From: Psilocybe cubensis
Lineage: Eukaryota
Reading direction: 5' to 3'
DNA: 64,000 nt
NCBI GenBank assembly: GCA_017499595.2
Contig: CM039000.1
Location: forward strand, 3,410,001-3,474,000
Shown here: positions 11,449 to 27,796 of the stretch, piece after piece
Layout of the letters: each line of letters opens with the position of its first letter
How positions within the stretch are numbered: position 1 is the first letter of the stretch
Translations under genes and position numbers: made by a program
Notes under the pieces: generated by a model
Databases searched by the model: none
Seen by the model: only the letters and a program-made list of their open reading frames with translations
What the model was told of the DNA's origin: nothing

Positions 11449-13139
11449 TCATCCAACGGTGTATATCGGAGGTATCTCTACTGCTCTGACAATTTCAGGT
11501 ACAGACATTCGAATACCACTGTCTTCATGCACTATAAGAGGCGCAGAGCCCGAAGAGTTCAAGCTTCGGACACTGACGCTGTGGGACGGACTGGGTATAA
11601 AACTGGAGCTTGATTGCCTGAGGGGTTCTATTCTTGATTGCCTGGCGTTGATGGTATGCGACGGGCTGGTTGCGGAATTGGACTGTCTCTGAGCCACAAT
11701 CCTGTCTTCCGATTGCCTGGCAAGCCGTCGTTTACGATCAATAGTAATCTGATACATCATAGGCCTTGAATCATTTGGCGATGGACCCGCATGCCCTGGA
11801 GGTGAGAATGGGTCCTCATCTGGCCCAGAAAAACGTTGCGTTTTCTGACGAGTCCTTTCCACAGGTGGAGGCGGTGGTCTTCGAGGTTGTACAATGGTTG
11901 TTGCTGCATCTGGATTGTACTGAAATGGGTTGATAATGTATTCCTTTGGCAAGTCCTCAAAGGACTTCTTGAAAAGCAGATTCCTGCCCCGTTTCCGTAT
12001 CCAGAGAGCTCCTACTATTGCAAAAAGAACAAGCACCGTTCCTCCAATCACGCCTCCTACGATGGCACTGTTTTTAGTTTTCGTGGTACTGTTTGGATGT
12101 AGTGGGCCTGCTTGAGTGTTGGACGGAGTGGATGTTGTACCCGATGAATTTGAAGACGGCGAAATTGGTGACGTAGGTGATGAGGATGGAGAATCGGTGC
12201 CGTTGTTTATAACAAGATAATCAAGAACAAGAGGGGTCACTTTCGGCCCACCTAAATATTGTACGACAACCATGTGGTTGCCGACAGGGTATTGTTGCGT
12301 CTCAAAAAACTTCTGATTATATAGTGTAGTGGTTGAGCCGGGGGAGAGTCCGTTCAACGTGAATTGGACAGGCTCTTCGCCGTCCACACTGTATGTCCCT
12401 GATGATGATGCGGTTGGGTAATCTCCCGGTATAAAGCCATACCAGGAAAATGAAGAGCCTGGATGATGCTTCTATACTTAATGAGCTAATCATCCTTCAA
12501 AAATAAATGACATACCTGTGAAGTTGAAACTCATGACCGAGTTCGTTATACTGGTCATGTTGCTTATTGCAGAGAAAGACTGCCATCCATCCCCATACTC
12601 GAACCCAGAATCTCCGTTGTCGACGATGATGTCCTTCTGGTATAGAGATAAAGTAGGTGATGGGGAATACATGATTTTATCGAACCAAAAGGTTTGCCCT
12701 GCTTTGACGGAGACTTTTACGGTCAGGTTGTGCAAGCCATCGGCAAATTGTGGGGAATCGCAAAATAACCAGTTGTGTTCTGGATATTGAAACGATCTCC
12801 CTACCCTGATGTTGACGCCGTCAACAAGGCATTCCCAAGTAGGGTCAAGGACTCCCGAGTTGTTGCGTGGATTGTTGAAGCCTACGAGTTTCACGCCTGT
12901 GCCTGCATGAAAACTCGTTTAGACACTTGAAAAAAGCAGAATTTTGGACAGATATTACCGTTGAATAAGTATGAAAAGCTCGCATCCACATTCGTTCCGT
13001 GCAAAGTTCTTCGATAAGGGAGACCAAAGTTGCCCGCCGAATCAAAACTCCCGACATCTGCGCGCCAACTGGGCCCAACGTAATCTATACCTCCGTCCGT
13101 ATCATCCACAACGACCCATCGCGTAGGTTCCCCAGCCAT
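11449..13139 (-). CDS. Agaricomycete-type single-pass membrane protein with VDD/VDN beta-rich extracellular repeats
   Basis: [15 protein letters not shown] and [16 protein letters not shown] repeats, Ser/Thr stalk, [25 protein letters not shown] followed by RKRGR, tail HEDSGIR..EIPPIYT. Confidence 0.85.
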
Positions 13140-13773
13140 AATGTGCGGAAATCGTAGACATGATAGGATAGTCACTCCATAGTATTTGAACCATTCCTCC
13201 CTGACGATTTGCCGTCGAGAATTACCGTCATAGCCATGTCGACTATAACAGTGTTGCCCGAACCCGCTTCATAGCGATGCAGCGGTTTGGTCGTTAAGAT
13301 AATCATAGCCTATCTCGAATATGGAGGCTTCAAGCGTCAGGTTGAAATGTTGACGTACGTAGAGAGGCAGTGCCCAAAAAGCCAAAAAGTTAACAGGGTC
13401 GTATTGGACATTGTTCGGAGATCAAAGCTGTCAATGATGCCGGTTTGATGACATCGTGACGATGTCTTTGACAGGCTGCAGTGTGCACTCGTGCCTATCT
13501 GTTTTGTTCTACGACACTCATAAACCGTTACCTTTCGACGTACATTGTTCTGCTTCGCTGCCTTGAACGCTGTTGGAAGAATTGGTTGCCTAACTCTACA
13601 ATATCTTATAGAGTTAACTTAGGGGTAATTGGAGGAAGTCTCGGACTCTCGAGTGTGTCGAAAAAATCAAGACCCTTTCAGTCAGCGCGGAGAGTGATAA
13701 ACTCATAGTTTTTTTACCTCCGATAGCGTTTCGAGGTTGAAACACGACCGTGACGATTGCATAGTGTACGACA

Positions 13774-16700
13774 ATGAATGGGGCTGCCGTTATTGGCGAT
13801 GTGGTACCTCCTCCGCAACCCAACAACATTCCGCCATCATTTCCATTGTTAGGCTCGTATAACATATCGTTAAACTTCAGCTCTATCTTTGCTATGCTCC
13901 CTCGGTCTCGGCTTCTAGCAAGACTTCGAAGGAGTACATCATTAGACGCGCCGTATGCATCCTCTGCGTCAGTGTCGGCTGAAAGTTGGGGTACAGGAGT
14001 ATCAGAGACGTTTTCCCCACTTCCGAATGCAGAAGCAGTAGCACAAAGGCCAGGTGCTGAGCAACTCCCAGTATTTCCAGGGCCTTTGGCTTTCTTTACA
14101 TCCTGGTACATGATTGGACTATTCGTCATGGTGCGTCTGTTACAATAATTCACGTAAATCTGTTGTCCCTGATTGCTTTTATATCAGGCAATCCTGCTTC
14201 ATAGAATGCAGAATGTAATCATCCCGTCGCGACTCCCTGCACGTCGCTCTCGCCACGCCTACCGTTTTGGACCTAGTTTTGCAAGCTCATGGCGCCATTC
14301 TTTTTCATGGCAACAGATCTTTGGCTCTTTTTTACCTTTGAATCTCTCTCGGACGACTACACGTCTCATAATACACCTCCCATCAGTATACTTTCTCTCC
14401 AAAATGCTTTTACTCTGGTCCCTTCTAGCCCTTCAGACCTCTGAGGTCTTTCCCGAATTCAGTGCTGAGCAAAAGGTGGCATGGTTCGGTATTTTAGGCT
14501 GGATTGACAACCTTGGGAAGTGGTGTTACCAGAAGGAAATGAGTGAAATATGTTGGCAGACATTCTGCGCGGTGTGTGCAGCTTTTCTGGTTGAAGGATT
14601 CATCAAAGCTCTAGATGGGATGGGAGCCGGCTTTCCGATCAATAATGGCAACCCGAACACATCCCCTTTCAATCTCGTATGTTTTATCTTGCTCTGACAG
14701 TAAAGGAAATCGTTAAACTCATGAAATCAATTAGGTCGGATACGCTTTTCTACTGCATGTTTATTCATCGCCTGTAACGCATACATTTACACCGGATGGG
14801 GGTGCCTCTCGACCCGACAAACACGCTATCATAACTATTGGAATTCCCTTACTTCAGGTATGAAAGTCGCATTTATACTGGTATTCAAGATATTGACAAA
14901 CATATTAGTTGACTATTTTTCATGTTTTATCGATTTCGAAACGCCTTTCAACACATAGACTTTTCCCAACCGCTTTGACATCTCTGCTATCCCTTGCCCA
15001 TTTCCATGGAACACTCTTTTCGCATCAATTATTTAAAGTACCCATCCCAACACCTTCAGCGACAATTTCAGACACAACATCAACACCTCAGGTCTCTCCT
15101 CATCAGGGGCGGTCTTCGGTCAATTATCCTCTGTTGAACTACATTCCTAATGTATTCGAGACTTTTTTAATCGCCGTCATACTTACTACCATCTTCCTAA
15201 ACGTCGTGATGCAACTTCTAGTCAGAGGAAGGGTCGACCGCGTACTCAGCGGGCTGGGAGTCGGTCAAGGCACCATGCTGCACGGTATGTCCACTACTCC
15301 ATGACTGATTTGACGTTTCATTTCTCATTATTCCTTAATGTAGATGAGGAAGAAGATGATCCTGGCTTCTTCCAAAGCTTACCTCTCGAGGAAGATTTTG
15401 GCGTCCTTCTCCTCCGTGTTGGCATTGCCAGCATGGAAGCAACAGGTTTGCGCGGGTGGGGCAATGAAGTTGCGCCAATCAACCTTCCAGTGAGGTTCCG
15501 GGGACGTGACGAGTCTGGGCGCGACGCCTCCAACGGCCGATTCGACAGCAACCAGCGCACACATGGGATGATACGCCTGGGCCGCGAGCAAGTGGGCGAA
15601 GTGTACTATGGATCAGCTTCGCGGTCCGCCTCTGAATATGCCATCGCTGGCTCATCGTCATCTGCTGTGGCTACCCGCACAAAAGATTTGACAAGGAGAA
15701 GGAAGAAGAAGGCGAACTCTGTACACCTTCGCGGGTTCAACAACGACATACGCACCGTCGACCTTGGCAATTCTGAGAGTGGAAGTCACAATCACAGGGG
15801 ATTCCTTCGGTATTTGAAAGAGGTGTGGATGTTCTTGGTCGTATTTTGGGGAGTCCTTCGTGGGTTGGTGGTGTTCCTCATTGAGCGGGCGAAAGGAAGT
15901 GTCAGGATGAGGGAAAGTGCCTCAAAACCTCCTGTGGTATCTCGCGGTGCTGGTGGTGCCAGTGGGTCATCAAAAGAAAATGAATCAGACGGCGAAGAAG
16001 TTTCAGAGGAGGAGATGAGGAGAAAAGAGAAAGAGATATATCAACGGTTTTTGCGAGGCGAGGACATCAGCGATGATGAGGAAGACGAGGATGATGATGA
16101 TAATGATTCGCTATATTCCGACGAGGATGAAGAAAGTGACGATGGAGAAGGCGCTGATGACAATGAGCGAGAAGCAGAAGCGGTTGGCTTGTTCACAGAT
16201 TTCATTCGAAACTCTAGAGATCAGATGCCGTATGCCTCCCGTGGTATCTCTACAGGAAGCAATGGTGAAATGGTGCTGGCCCATCTTATGCACGGCAATA
16301 CAGGCGCTTCACCTAGCCCTCTGACGAGGAGGAAATGGAATGCGCTTGTGAGGAACGACCCTAACTCACATTCTACCAGGGCCGGTTCGCCAGCTATGAT
16401 CGGAAACGGTGAAGATGACGACGATGGTTTCTGGGAAATACCGCCGCCGACTAGGACCAGAAATTTCAACAATGACCAAAACGACGGTCGCCTTAATAGT
16501 GCGTGTGTGATTTGCACGACCGAACCAAGAGATATCATTTGTTGGCCTTGCCGGTGCGTAATGCCTTGCTATTCCATTTTCTTGAAACTCGTTTGATATA
16601 TTTTTTTTGATTATAGATGCTTGGCTATGTGTGATATGTGCCGTGAAGCTCTAGGATCCAAAAGCGCACCTTCAAAACATCGTTGCCCGTGTTGTCGCCA

Positions 16701-16799
16701 GATGTAAGCATTATCACCTTGACACAGTTTTTTTATTCACTCATACCCTATGGCGATCCATTTAGTGTTGAAGGGTATTCGAGAATCTACATTCCTTGA
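13774..16799 (+). CDS. Multi-pass membrane RING E3 ligase, Asi1/Asi3-like (start codon uncertain)
   Basis: N-terminal TM segments (AILLHRMQNVI, PFNLVGYAFLLH), acidic region, C-terminal RING CVICTTEPRDIICWPCRCLAMCDMCR..CPCCRQIVEGYSRIYIP*. Confidence 0.8.
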
Positions 16800-17076
16800 A
16801 GGCTTAAATTGTGTAAAATAATATATGTACTATACATCGTACCTTGTAAACAATGTGGTTATAAAAATTGACATGACTGAAGGTGGAAGAATCTCCAATC
16901 GCCATAGGGGGTTCTACAACTCTTGGAATATCTAGCGAAATGACAATGTCCACGAAAGTAAGTCGTAAATCATTGATTCTGAAACATTGTTGTTTAACGG
17001 AATAAATGTCCAACTGGTCTCCAAAAAAAGTTTAGGTGCGTCCCCAACGCCTCCTTGAAATGATCCCTAATTGCAT

Positions 17077-19287
<2,211 letters not shown>

Positions 19288-20439
19288 CGTCCAGGAATGA
19301 ACATCTTGAAATATTCGCCTCCTATATATCCTTAACTTCCACCGAGGCAGTGCTTCTTCTTACTCTTCAAAATAGTTAGATCAAGCAATTTTACAAAAAT
19401 CACCACTACCTCGATGAGAGCCTGGGAGATGGAAGAGTCGATAATCCGCAGGAATCCGCATGTCAGCGTCATACTAGGTCATATTTGGGAGCTATTTAAA
19501 TCTCTCTGTTAATAGAAATTTCAGCAACCTGAACCATGAGGATAATTTTAGGGTATTCGAACCTTTTTACGCTTGAGAACTGCGCGCTGGCTAAAATTTT
19601 AGAATTGCCTTCTTTCATAGACCACCATCTTCCCGGGAGGCATGGGTGCTTCTCCAGTTACATACATTTCATATTGGAGTTCGGTCAGCAAGAACTTGCG
19701 CCGCATAGCCCTCCCTGCCGTTAGAAGAACAAGGGTACTTCGAGCGCAAGCCTAAACGATGGGGATGTGGCCGTAGGAACTTTCGTCGCCATAATACAAA
19801 GCTGTTCGTTGGCTGTTCAATATGGTGATTCGCAGGACCTGAAAGGCGAGGCGTCATTAAAGTGTTTTTATATGTTGATTGAATCATAAGGACTATATTC
19901 GGTCTAGAAAAGTGGGTGGTTCAAAGGTTATTGTTTAGACTCAAGCTGTCGCAGGTGAAGTAGCAACATCATTTAAGGTTTATGTTGATGAGAGTCATCC
20001 TATGCGGGTGCCACATGTTTGATATTGTTCTCCGCGCAGAACAGAATTAGGATAATATCATCCTGGATCAGCGCAGATGATGATTGGTTCGTGAAGGAAG
20101 GTTCAAGAAAGCAACAGTGAGCCCCTGAGTGCACGACTCAACGTGACTGTTACTTTTATGTGACAAATATCACAGCTGTGGCAAATGAACTTCAATTGGT
20201 GTAAATTTTTTGGAAATGTTGGAAAAATATTTCGTTTACTCATTATTTGCTCATAGTAGGCCAGAAGCATATTTGAAAAAAAGCCAGAAAATATGTTAGT
20301 AACAGAGTGGCATACTCTGATTAATGCAAAATTAATAAATGGAACGTGCATGTTGGGCAGAGATGTCTTCAAACCAATTCTAAAAGAGTCTAAAAGAAAA
20401 ACGGGTATAAATGGCATCGTCGAAAGTATATCTAAGTGT

Positions 20440-22511
20440 TCAACGGTGGAGGGTATTCGAGTTATTCTGGAAAATTTGTATTCGATCCTTTCGGAAATCG
20501 CCAGTCATCATTTTTGTTCGCAAACCATTTAACTCGATGATTTCCTATGAAACAGGTCAGCACAGGTAATCTATCAAAGTCATTTAAATTACAACTGACT
20601 TGTTTTTCGTGAGTGAAAGGCCTCCAATGCGGGCGCGCTGTGTTGCCAAACTTGTCATTTGGGTCCAAACTCGTCGCAAAAGATATCCAGTAGTCTCGCA
20701 TGTTTTGACTTAGATTAAGGGCGTCTTCCGTGCGATTTACAAAGGTGTCGAATAAGAAAGAAATTTCCGCACTGTGAGGAACTAAAAGGCACACAAGTGG
20801 TGTTAAATAACTGATAGGAGAAGTGGTAAGCAAAACGGACCTCCAACAGAACCTGGTGCTGCCCTAGTTCTTGCCAGACCGGGGATGGCGACACCGTGAG
20901 GGTCCGTGAATAGGTATCCAAAGATATTGATACCAGCTTTGCATGAGTGCTGTTGGATGCTCCGCGTAGGAGATTGGATGTAAAAGTCGCCAACTTGAAA
21001 CATATTTTTAGAACAACAATACTACAGAAAAGGGAACATAGAACTCACAAATCGCACAAAGCCGCTTGTACTGACTGTTCAAGCCAAAGGTATCATTTCC
21101 TGTCCCAAAAGGCGATCCAAGAGCAGGATTATCAGGGTATAGCTTCAAAATCTGAGCGATCACCTCTGCCTGGCGACCTGGACTGACAAGCGACGGACTT
21201 GTAGCTATCCTGAAAAGGTCTTCAATCTGCTCGGTAGAATTCGTTTTCTGAGTAATAAACAGCGTCCCTTCGTCAAGATTTGTGCCTATTAGCAACGGCA
21301 GTCCCGCTGCGTTCAAATTGACCTTGGAGGGGCGATCGACGATAAAGCCATGAGGACCATCGATAACAGGATGGTAAGAGTGGGATGAAACGTCCTCTGC
21401 CGCCGTCAATGCGGTGAATATGGACTGAGGCTCAGCGGTGCGCATACAGTCAATTGTGTTCCCGGATTTGGCTTGAGCTGCACAGGCTGATGTGGCTTCG
21501 ACGAAGCGACGCCATGAGCCTCCGTTGCGGTCCGGTCCATAGACAGGGCCGATGGGTGTAGATTCCAGAATCTGGGTATTGATCAGTCAAGGCTTAGGGA
21601 CTAACTTCTAGAATCCATACAGCAGCACGAGCTAGACTTCGAATCTTGGTCTTGCGAAGGTGGATGCTAATCGATGTAGCGCCTGCGCTCTGTCCTATTA
21701 ATGTGACCTACCATTGCAGTTAATGAAGTATCGAAAGGAATAGACTTAAAACGGCACGCACTTTGCGTTTATCACCTCCAAACTTTTCTATGTTGAGCTG
21801 GATCCACTCTAGCGCAGCCAGTTGGTCTTTCAATCCCAGGTTGAGGGCTTTACGTTTGCCAGCTTCAACGCCTTGAGGAAATCCTAATGGTCCAAGTCGG
21901 TAGTTGAAACTTGCGAAGATTATAGGGGTCCCTCTAGAGATGCTCTGGGCAACAAATGTAGTGCCGTTGTACAGCGAGGAAGAACCAGCTTTAAAGATGG
22001 TTAGCATTCAGATCCACTATCTCAGCAACCACCTACTGTGGAAGCCACCTGTAATTCCAAGGAATGAGGCCCAACTTTAGTTTTCAAGTAGAAAATCAAA
22101 AATTACCTCCGTGTATCCACACCATCACAGGAAGCTTTTCATGCTCAGTCGTGCCTATAGGGCGAAAAATGTTCAAAGTCAAACAGTCTTCCGACACTGT
22201 GTCGGGAAATTTGGTAACTTGAAGGCACGCCTTGCCAAATGTTTGGGCATTAAAAGTTTTTGTGGGAGGTGTCCTGACGAGTACAGGAGGTTGAAACCGT
22301 AGCTTGCCTATCGGCGCTTTCGCATACGGTATTCCTGGATCCAGGTAAGAGTACATTCGGAGCTCGAAGCAAAGACATATAGCAAAACTTTACCTCCGAA
22401 GAACTCGACTTTAGCAGGTCCAAATTCTTGTCCAATAATCTGCGAGCCACCGACATAAACAGAAGCTCTGACAACCGATGCTATAAAAGCAAGGAGAAGC
22501 ACGGTAAGCAT
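20440..22511 (-). CDS. Secreted type-B carboxylesterase/lipase, copy 2 (tandem paralogue)
   Basis: Signal peptide; [44 protein letters not shown]; co-linear with copy 1. Confidence 0.93.
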
Positions 22512-23389
22512 TGTCTTTAGGGGCGTGCGTAGAAAAGTTGTCACCTTTTGTACAAAATCGCGGCAGTGCCAATGTCTATATCCAGTCTGACTAGTGCCAT
22601 TTACGGATTTGAGAGTAATCTCCACTTCTTGCATCGCCTGAGAGATGGAAGGGTGTGGTCAAGTGTGGCCCGCTTGTGTCCGCAAGATAGACTAAGCAGA
22701 ATTCGGTATACCCACTTATTTTTGAAGTTTTTTCGTCAGACTGCGAGTTTAATTATATGTTCCGGTAGCGGTAACACCTAGATAATATCCCGTTTCAGCT
22801 TGTCCAAACGATTTACATACTATACATTGCTCCATACGAAGACATGTATATACCTTGCGCAAGCTATATTCCTTTAGTTTTAGTATTCTGCCATGACTGC
22901 AATAAGCGAGATTTATTTGCCTTCGGGTCATGTCGAAATACTGACGTAAAAATCTGGCTGGATTCGACGCGTCGGGCACCGTCAAGGCACGTCGCAGTTA
23001 AGGCGGCCTCATGAAGGCACGAAGGCGAAAGCAGAACCTAAGGAGAATCATTGATTATGTGTTCAATTGCCACAATTTGTAGTGCGCCTCACTCAGGAGG
23101 GCAACGTGCGACAAACGAAGCTACGTGTGGTGCCTCCCCCGTGTTTTTCAACCGTATGGTTTGCTCTCGAGTTTTGACGGGCAGCAAGTCAAACACCTTG
23201 GGCGTTTGCCTGGATGTGTCAAAGCCAGGTTAAAGCTGTCAGACAGCTTGTGGACTGAAAATAGCGCCCACGTGAGCTTGATCCCGAAAATCTGAATCGC
23301 GGCCAAGACCTGTTTAGGAGTCTTACGGTGGCACCAACTGGCACCAAATTTCTCAACACAATCATCGTTAAATACTCTTCCTTCACTAG

Positions 23390-25051
23390 ATGTCCTTAAT
23401 GCAAGGAAAGAATCAGATTCCAGTTGAAGTCTGGCATAACTGTTGGAAGGATCTACCCCTTCCATGCCTTCGTGCTCTAGCTCAGACATGCTCACTTTTT
23501 CGAGATATTTGCCGGCCAATAATTTTTCAGTTCCTCTTCTATCTCCCAACCATCGAGATTATGGTCATAACTGGAAGTATTTCAAGCGAGGATTATCAAA
23601 AGTGGGAAAGTAAAACCCTACGCTTCGAGGACCGCATGAAATATGCTCTCGCGGATCCCACATTCGCATCTCTTCCCCGGGTGTGCATGTTTTCAGGTAT
23701 CACAAAAACAGACCTAGAATTCATGGGCGCACAATACCCTAACGGTCCTTTGGTATACGCATCTATGCTTTCTGCTTTCAAGAAAGCATTGCTGTCCATG
23801 AAGAACCTCCGAATCGTTCGGCTCGAGGATATCGATATTGACGAGGAAGTCTTGGACGCCCTTGTTCATTTACCTCTGCTGAAAGATGTTCGACTTCAGT
23901 CTCCGGAGATAGCTTGTCGCGAATTTACTCCTCTGCTGGAAGTTGAAGAGCTTAGCGTCATGGAATGGGACCTCAGGTCACAATACACCAAACAAAAGCT
24001 AGAGCTGTTCTCCAACAAACGACTGAAAGGAATCGATATCCAGTCGTATCAATATGCTTCTCCTATTCTGGAGCACCTCATTTCTCAGGGGACAAGCGCG
24101 TGTTTGACGATTCTCAGGATAACCATCGACATTCACATCGTCCCTATTATGATGGCCTTCTTTGAGACATGTCCCCAACTACAGGATATCTATGTGACAA
24201 GCATACCGCCTACCTTTTACCCAGTGTATCCATCCCTTCCTCCGTCCGCACTGCCCAACCTTCGCAGCTATTACGGAATAGGAAGCCTCGCTGTACTACT
24301 TGTTCCCAACCGCCCTGTGAAATGCATTACAATCCAAGATAATTGGAGTAGCGGCAGTCATGACCTGGAACCCTCTTGGGTGCTATCTCAGCTCTCCAAA
24401 AGCTCAGTTGTAATTGAACACCTGTCGCTGCCTCCAATACAGCCCAGGCCCGACATCTTCCATGAAATTTTGCACACCTTCCCCAAACTGAAAAGTTTGG
24501 AGCTGCGCTTCCCTCTAGATCCAAATGCTGTACAGTCTCCACCTACAGACAATGACACGACACCCGATGACAGGTACTTCGACCTTACCACGGTGAATGA
24601 ATTACCCCCAATTGAAGTTGACGAGGAAGGATGCCCTCTCGAACCTCCGACATCTATGAAGGTATGCTCCACATTACGAAGCTATCCTACCAGACTAATC
24701 TCGCTACAGGGACTCCTGGAGTGGCTATGCACCAATAAATTGCACCTATCTCCTTCAATAGCCAACTTGTCAATACTACAAAACAGTGGCCGGACTCGAG
24801 GCATCAACCAAATGTTCAAAACCTGCCTCAGTTTCCGAGAGCAATACGCTTTTGCTGGGATGCTTTCCAAGCACAATCCTACTTTGAAAAGTTTGACATA
24901 TGGGAGACAACATATCCAGTGGTCATACGGCGCTGATGGCAAGTGGGTTCCTGGGGCGGAATACCAATTTTACATTAAACACAGGAATACGATTCCAACA
25001 TTTAGTTCACTCCCTGTGGCCGTCATCGAGGGTGCAGCCACTACTGCATAG
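23390..25051 (+). CDS. F-box/LRR-like protein
   Basis: IPVEVWHNCWKDLPLPCLRALAQTCSLFRDIC F-box-like motif; LxxLxL repeats (LPLLKDVRL, LPNLRSY, FPKLKSLEL); probable in-frame intron 24662-24709. Confidence 0.8.
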   Translation: MSLMQGKNQIPVEVWHNCWKDLPLPCLRALAQTCSLFRDICRPIIFQFLFYLPTIEIMVITGSISSEDYQKWESKTLRFEDRMKYALADPTFASLPRVCMFSGITKTDLEFMGAQYPNGPLVYASMLSAFKKALLSMKNLRIVRLEDIDIDEEVLDALVHLPLLKDVRLQSPEIACREFTPLLEVEELSVMEWDLRSQYTKQKLELFSNKRLKGIDIQSYQYASPILEHLISQGTSACLTILRITIDIHIVPIMMAFFETCPQLQDIYVTSIPPTFYPVYPSLPPSALPNLRSYYGIGSLAVLLVPNRPVKCITIQDNWSSGSHDLEPSWVLSQLSKSSVVIEHLSLPPIQPRPDIFHEILHTFPKLKSLELRFPLDPNAVQSPPTDNDTTPDDRYFDLTTVNELPPIEVDEEGCPLEPPTSMKVCSTLRSYPTRLISLQGLLEWLCTNKLHLSPSIANLSILQNSGRTRGINQMFKTCLSFREQYAFAGMLSKHNPTLKSLTYGRQHIQWSYGADGKWVPGAEYQFYIKHRNTIPTFSSLPVAVIEGAATTA

Positions 25052-25401
25052 CTCATCCACACATACACGATGGCGATACCTTTGCTATATTATTGGCAAA
25101 ATTCGTGTTTGCCAGGATGCTTTTGTCGCCACGCCATTACCCTAGCAATGGAACAGGCATTTCAAATCCACTCAACGCATTTCTCCGAAATTATGAGGAG
25201 GTGAAGGAAAACAAAATTCCAGTAACAAAATGTGGTTTGCTTTCTCGAGGCGTCTAGAATCGTTTTTGAGGAGCCTTTTTTCCGCGTCCCAATCGACAGT
25301 TCACGCAAACACGCTTTTTGCTTTGGCACTTTGTATTTTAATTCAACAGAGTGTGAATACCACAATCTTACACCAAAACTCCTATCATTTATTCTCAACC
25401 C

Positions 25402-26866
25402 TCAGGTGCTCAAAGTGGTGGATATTGCAAGCGCCAAAGAGCTGTAAAACCAGAGTCAGTGAGCCGTGATTTTTACACAAAGGCCATCTGGTTACATACT
25501 TGTGGACTGTAAAAAGGGGATGTAAGGAGTTCAACCAGCTAAACATTGCCAAGATGGCTAACTCAACAAAGACACTCCACGATAATGGAAAAGTCAACTC
25601 ACAAGTAATTGGAAACAGGTGCACATGGAGGCGTCTGTGTAGTCTGCGACGGTGTTCCATTCTGATAAGCTTCGCAGAATCCAGTCGAGTTCACATATCC
25701 GAAAGTTTTTGCGTTGTCCAGGAGGGTGTTGAAGACGGGTTGGGTGTCGAAGACAATCGCGGTGTTGATGTCCTTGTGCTTGGCCTGGAATTTTTGTGCA
25801 GTTGTGCGGAGCTGCTGGTTGTAGTCGGCGAGGGCAGGCTTTATCGCGTTGACAGCGGTTGGACCTTGCTGCAGGATGAGAGGGGCGCGATCGGTGGGTG
25901 GAACGGTGAGGAAGAGGAAGGAGCGCGCGCCATCTGCATAGAGTTGGTCAAGCTTATGGGTCGGACGTCAATTTCATGATTTTAGGCAACATCGTTTTCC
26001 TTACCTGTGTGGTTAAGCGGTTCATGAGGACTGTATGAAATTGGGATTGAGAAACATTTGTCTAAGAGCCACACGGTTAAAAGCAGATAGTAAACCTTAT
26101 TTGCTTCAAATTGGACGCACCCATGCAAAGGAATTGCCCTACACTTCCGCTTAGCATTACTCCATCTGCCATGTATAGAAACTTACAACATCGTTGATGC
26201 CAATCCAGATAGCAAAAAGCGAATTGTTGCTAGCCCATTGTGCGCCAACCGGCTTGGGTGCCAAAAATTGATGGAATTGTGCTACTTGATCCACGATTGA
26301 TCTATGTGACTATGTAAGGATAATATAACCTCTACGAATTGCAAAACCACCTACAGAACAGTGGGTTCGAACGGAGTTACTAATTTCGAATCTATTGTAG
26401 CTCCTCCCGAGGCCAGGTTGAATATCTGTATTTTTGCCTTCTCAAAATTTGCGAAGTCCAAGGCGGGAAAAGTGAAAGCACCTTTGTTCCGGCAACATTA
26501 TAAGTACTTCCTAGAAGTAAAATGAGATACACTGAGGGTATATACACATTGTTTGCGCACCTAAAGCCTGAACCCAATTAGGCCCATTAGAAGAAACCTT
26601 CGAATGTCACTTTAGAACTCAAGAACGGATTGTAAGAAAAATCATGCGCACAAATCCTGGAACGGGAGAGTTAACACCAGCGGATATGTTGAATCCTGGA
26701 TGATGTAAGTGATAGCCAAAGTTTAGTATAGATATTATTGAAATATACCGTCTGTCGTGTAGGAGTCACCGAAAGTGAACAAGAATTTCGTGTCTTTCCA
26801 TGCGAGCTTGGCACAGGTGCAAGATATTGCCAGAGATGCAACAAAAATTGAGCGAAGTCCAATCAT
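25402..26866 (-). CDS. Secreted GDSL/SGNH acetylesterase, carbohydrate esterase family 16-like (multi-exon, missed by ORF track)
   Basis: Signal peptide MIGLRSIFVASLAISCTCA; FTFGDSY, SSNGPNW, NLASGGATID, LFAIWIGINDV, GARSFLFLTVPP, WLNSLHP. Confidence 0.88.
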
Positions 26867-27796
26867 GCCGATTGCTGAACGCTACGTCGTATAACCAGTC
26901 ATGAATTGCACTTATAGCTGGCATACACCGATAAATGCCCGCCAGAGATTCTCACACGAAGTCGGGGGTCACGTCCCATGCGTATAAACAGATTGAGAAA
27001 GGTGCTTCTGAGAAGGTCTGGCGCGTGCTTCGTAAATGTCACTGGGAAGAAACGCACAAAAGCTGGTAAAATGAGTAACTGAGTCCGTTTTGTCTCCTTT
27101 TCTCGAACATAGAGAAAGCTTGACGGCGCGTTTTTAAAAAAGATATGCTGAAGACGGCCCGGATAACTTTATAGTGTGGGGTAAGATGACCATGACAGGA
27201 TTCGATTTGAAGAGGCGATGTCCACAGGTCATACTAATCGTAGGACTGTAAGAAGTATATGAACTCACGCAAATTCCAGAGATCGAGGACAGGGGCATCG
27301 TTCATTATGCCACGAGTTGGCACGATATCATTTGTCTCTTGAAACATGAGGTGGACCGCCCAAGAATTGCTCCTCGTTTGAACCAGTGCGAACTTGAATT
27401 CAACTCAAAGGCTGTATTAATAAAGAAGTTTAGAGCCGAGAGAAGACAAACCAAGCGTAAGATTCAGAAAGTTCAACTAGTTCGACCAGTTGAAAGCCAA
27501 AATATACAATATGAAGTCAAAAACCATAGAATTCTGTTGCACTTGATGTAGCTTCAACATTCACTAGACTCCCATTGTATCATGCTCCTTAGCCGAGCAC
27601 AGTCCATACCCGTAACGAGATGCATGATTTTTAGTCTTCGAGTGCGTTTGAAGACAAATGAGATTTGGCAGTAGCTTGGACATGGCAGTCGGGAAAGAAA
27701 GGAGTGATGCGCCAAGAAGGTTAGGGTTAGCCAAGTACGCCAACACTGGACCCTGTCATACAAGTCGGCCAATCCCTGTTGAGTTTAACTGTCAAG

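Noticed and set aside
25500..25979. 159-aa plus-strand ORF
   Set aside because: Antisense shadow of a CE16 exon
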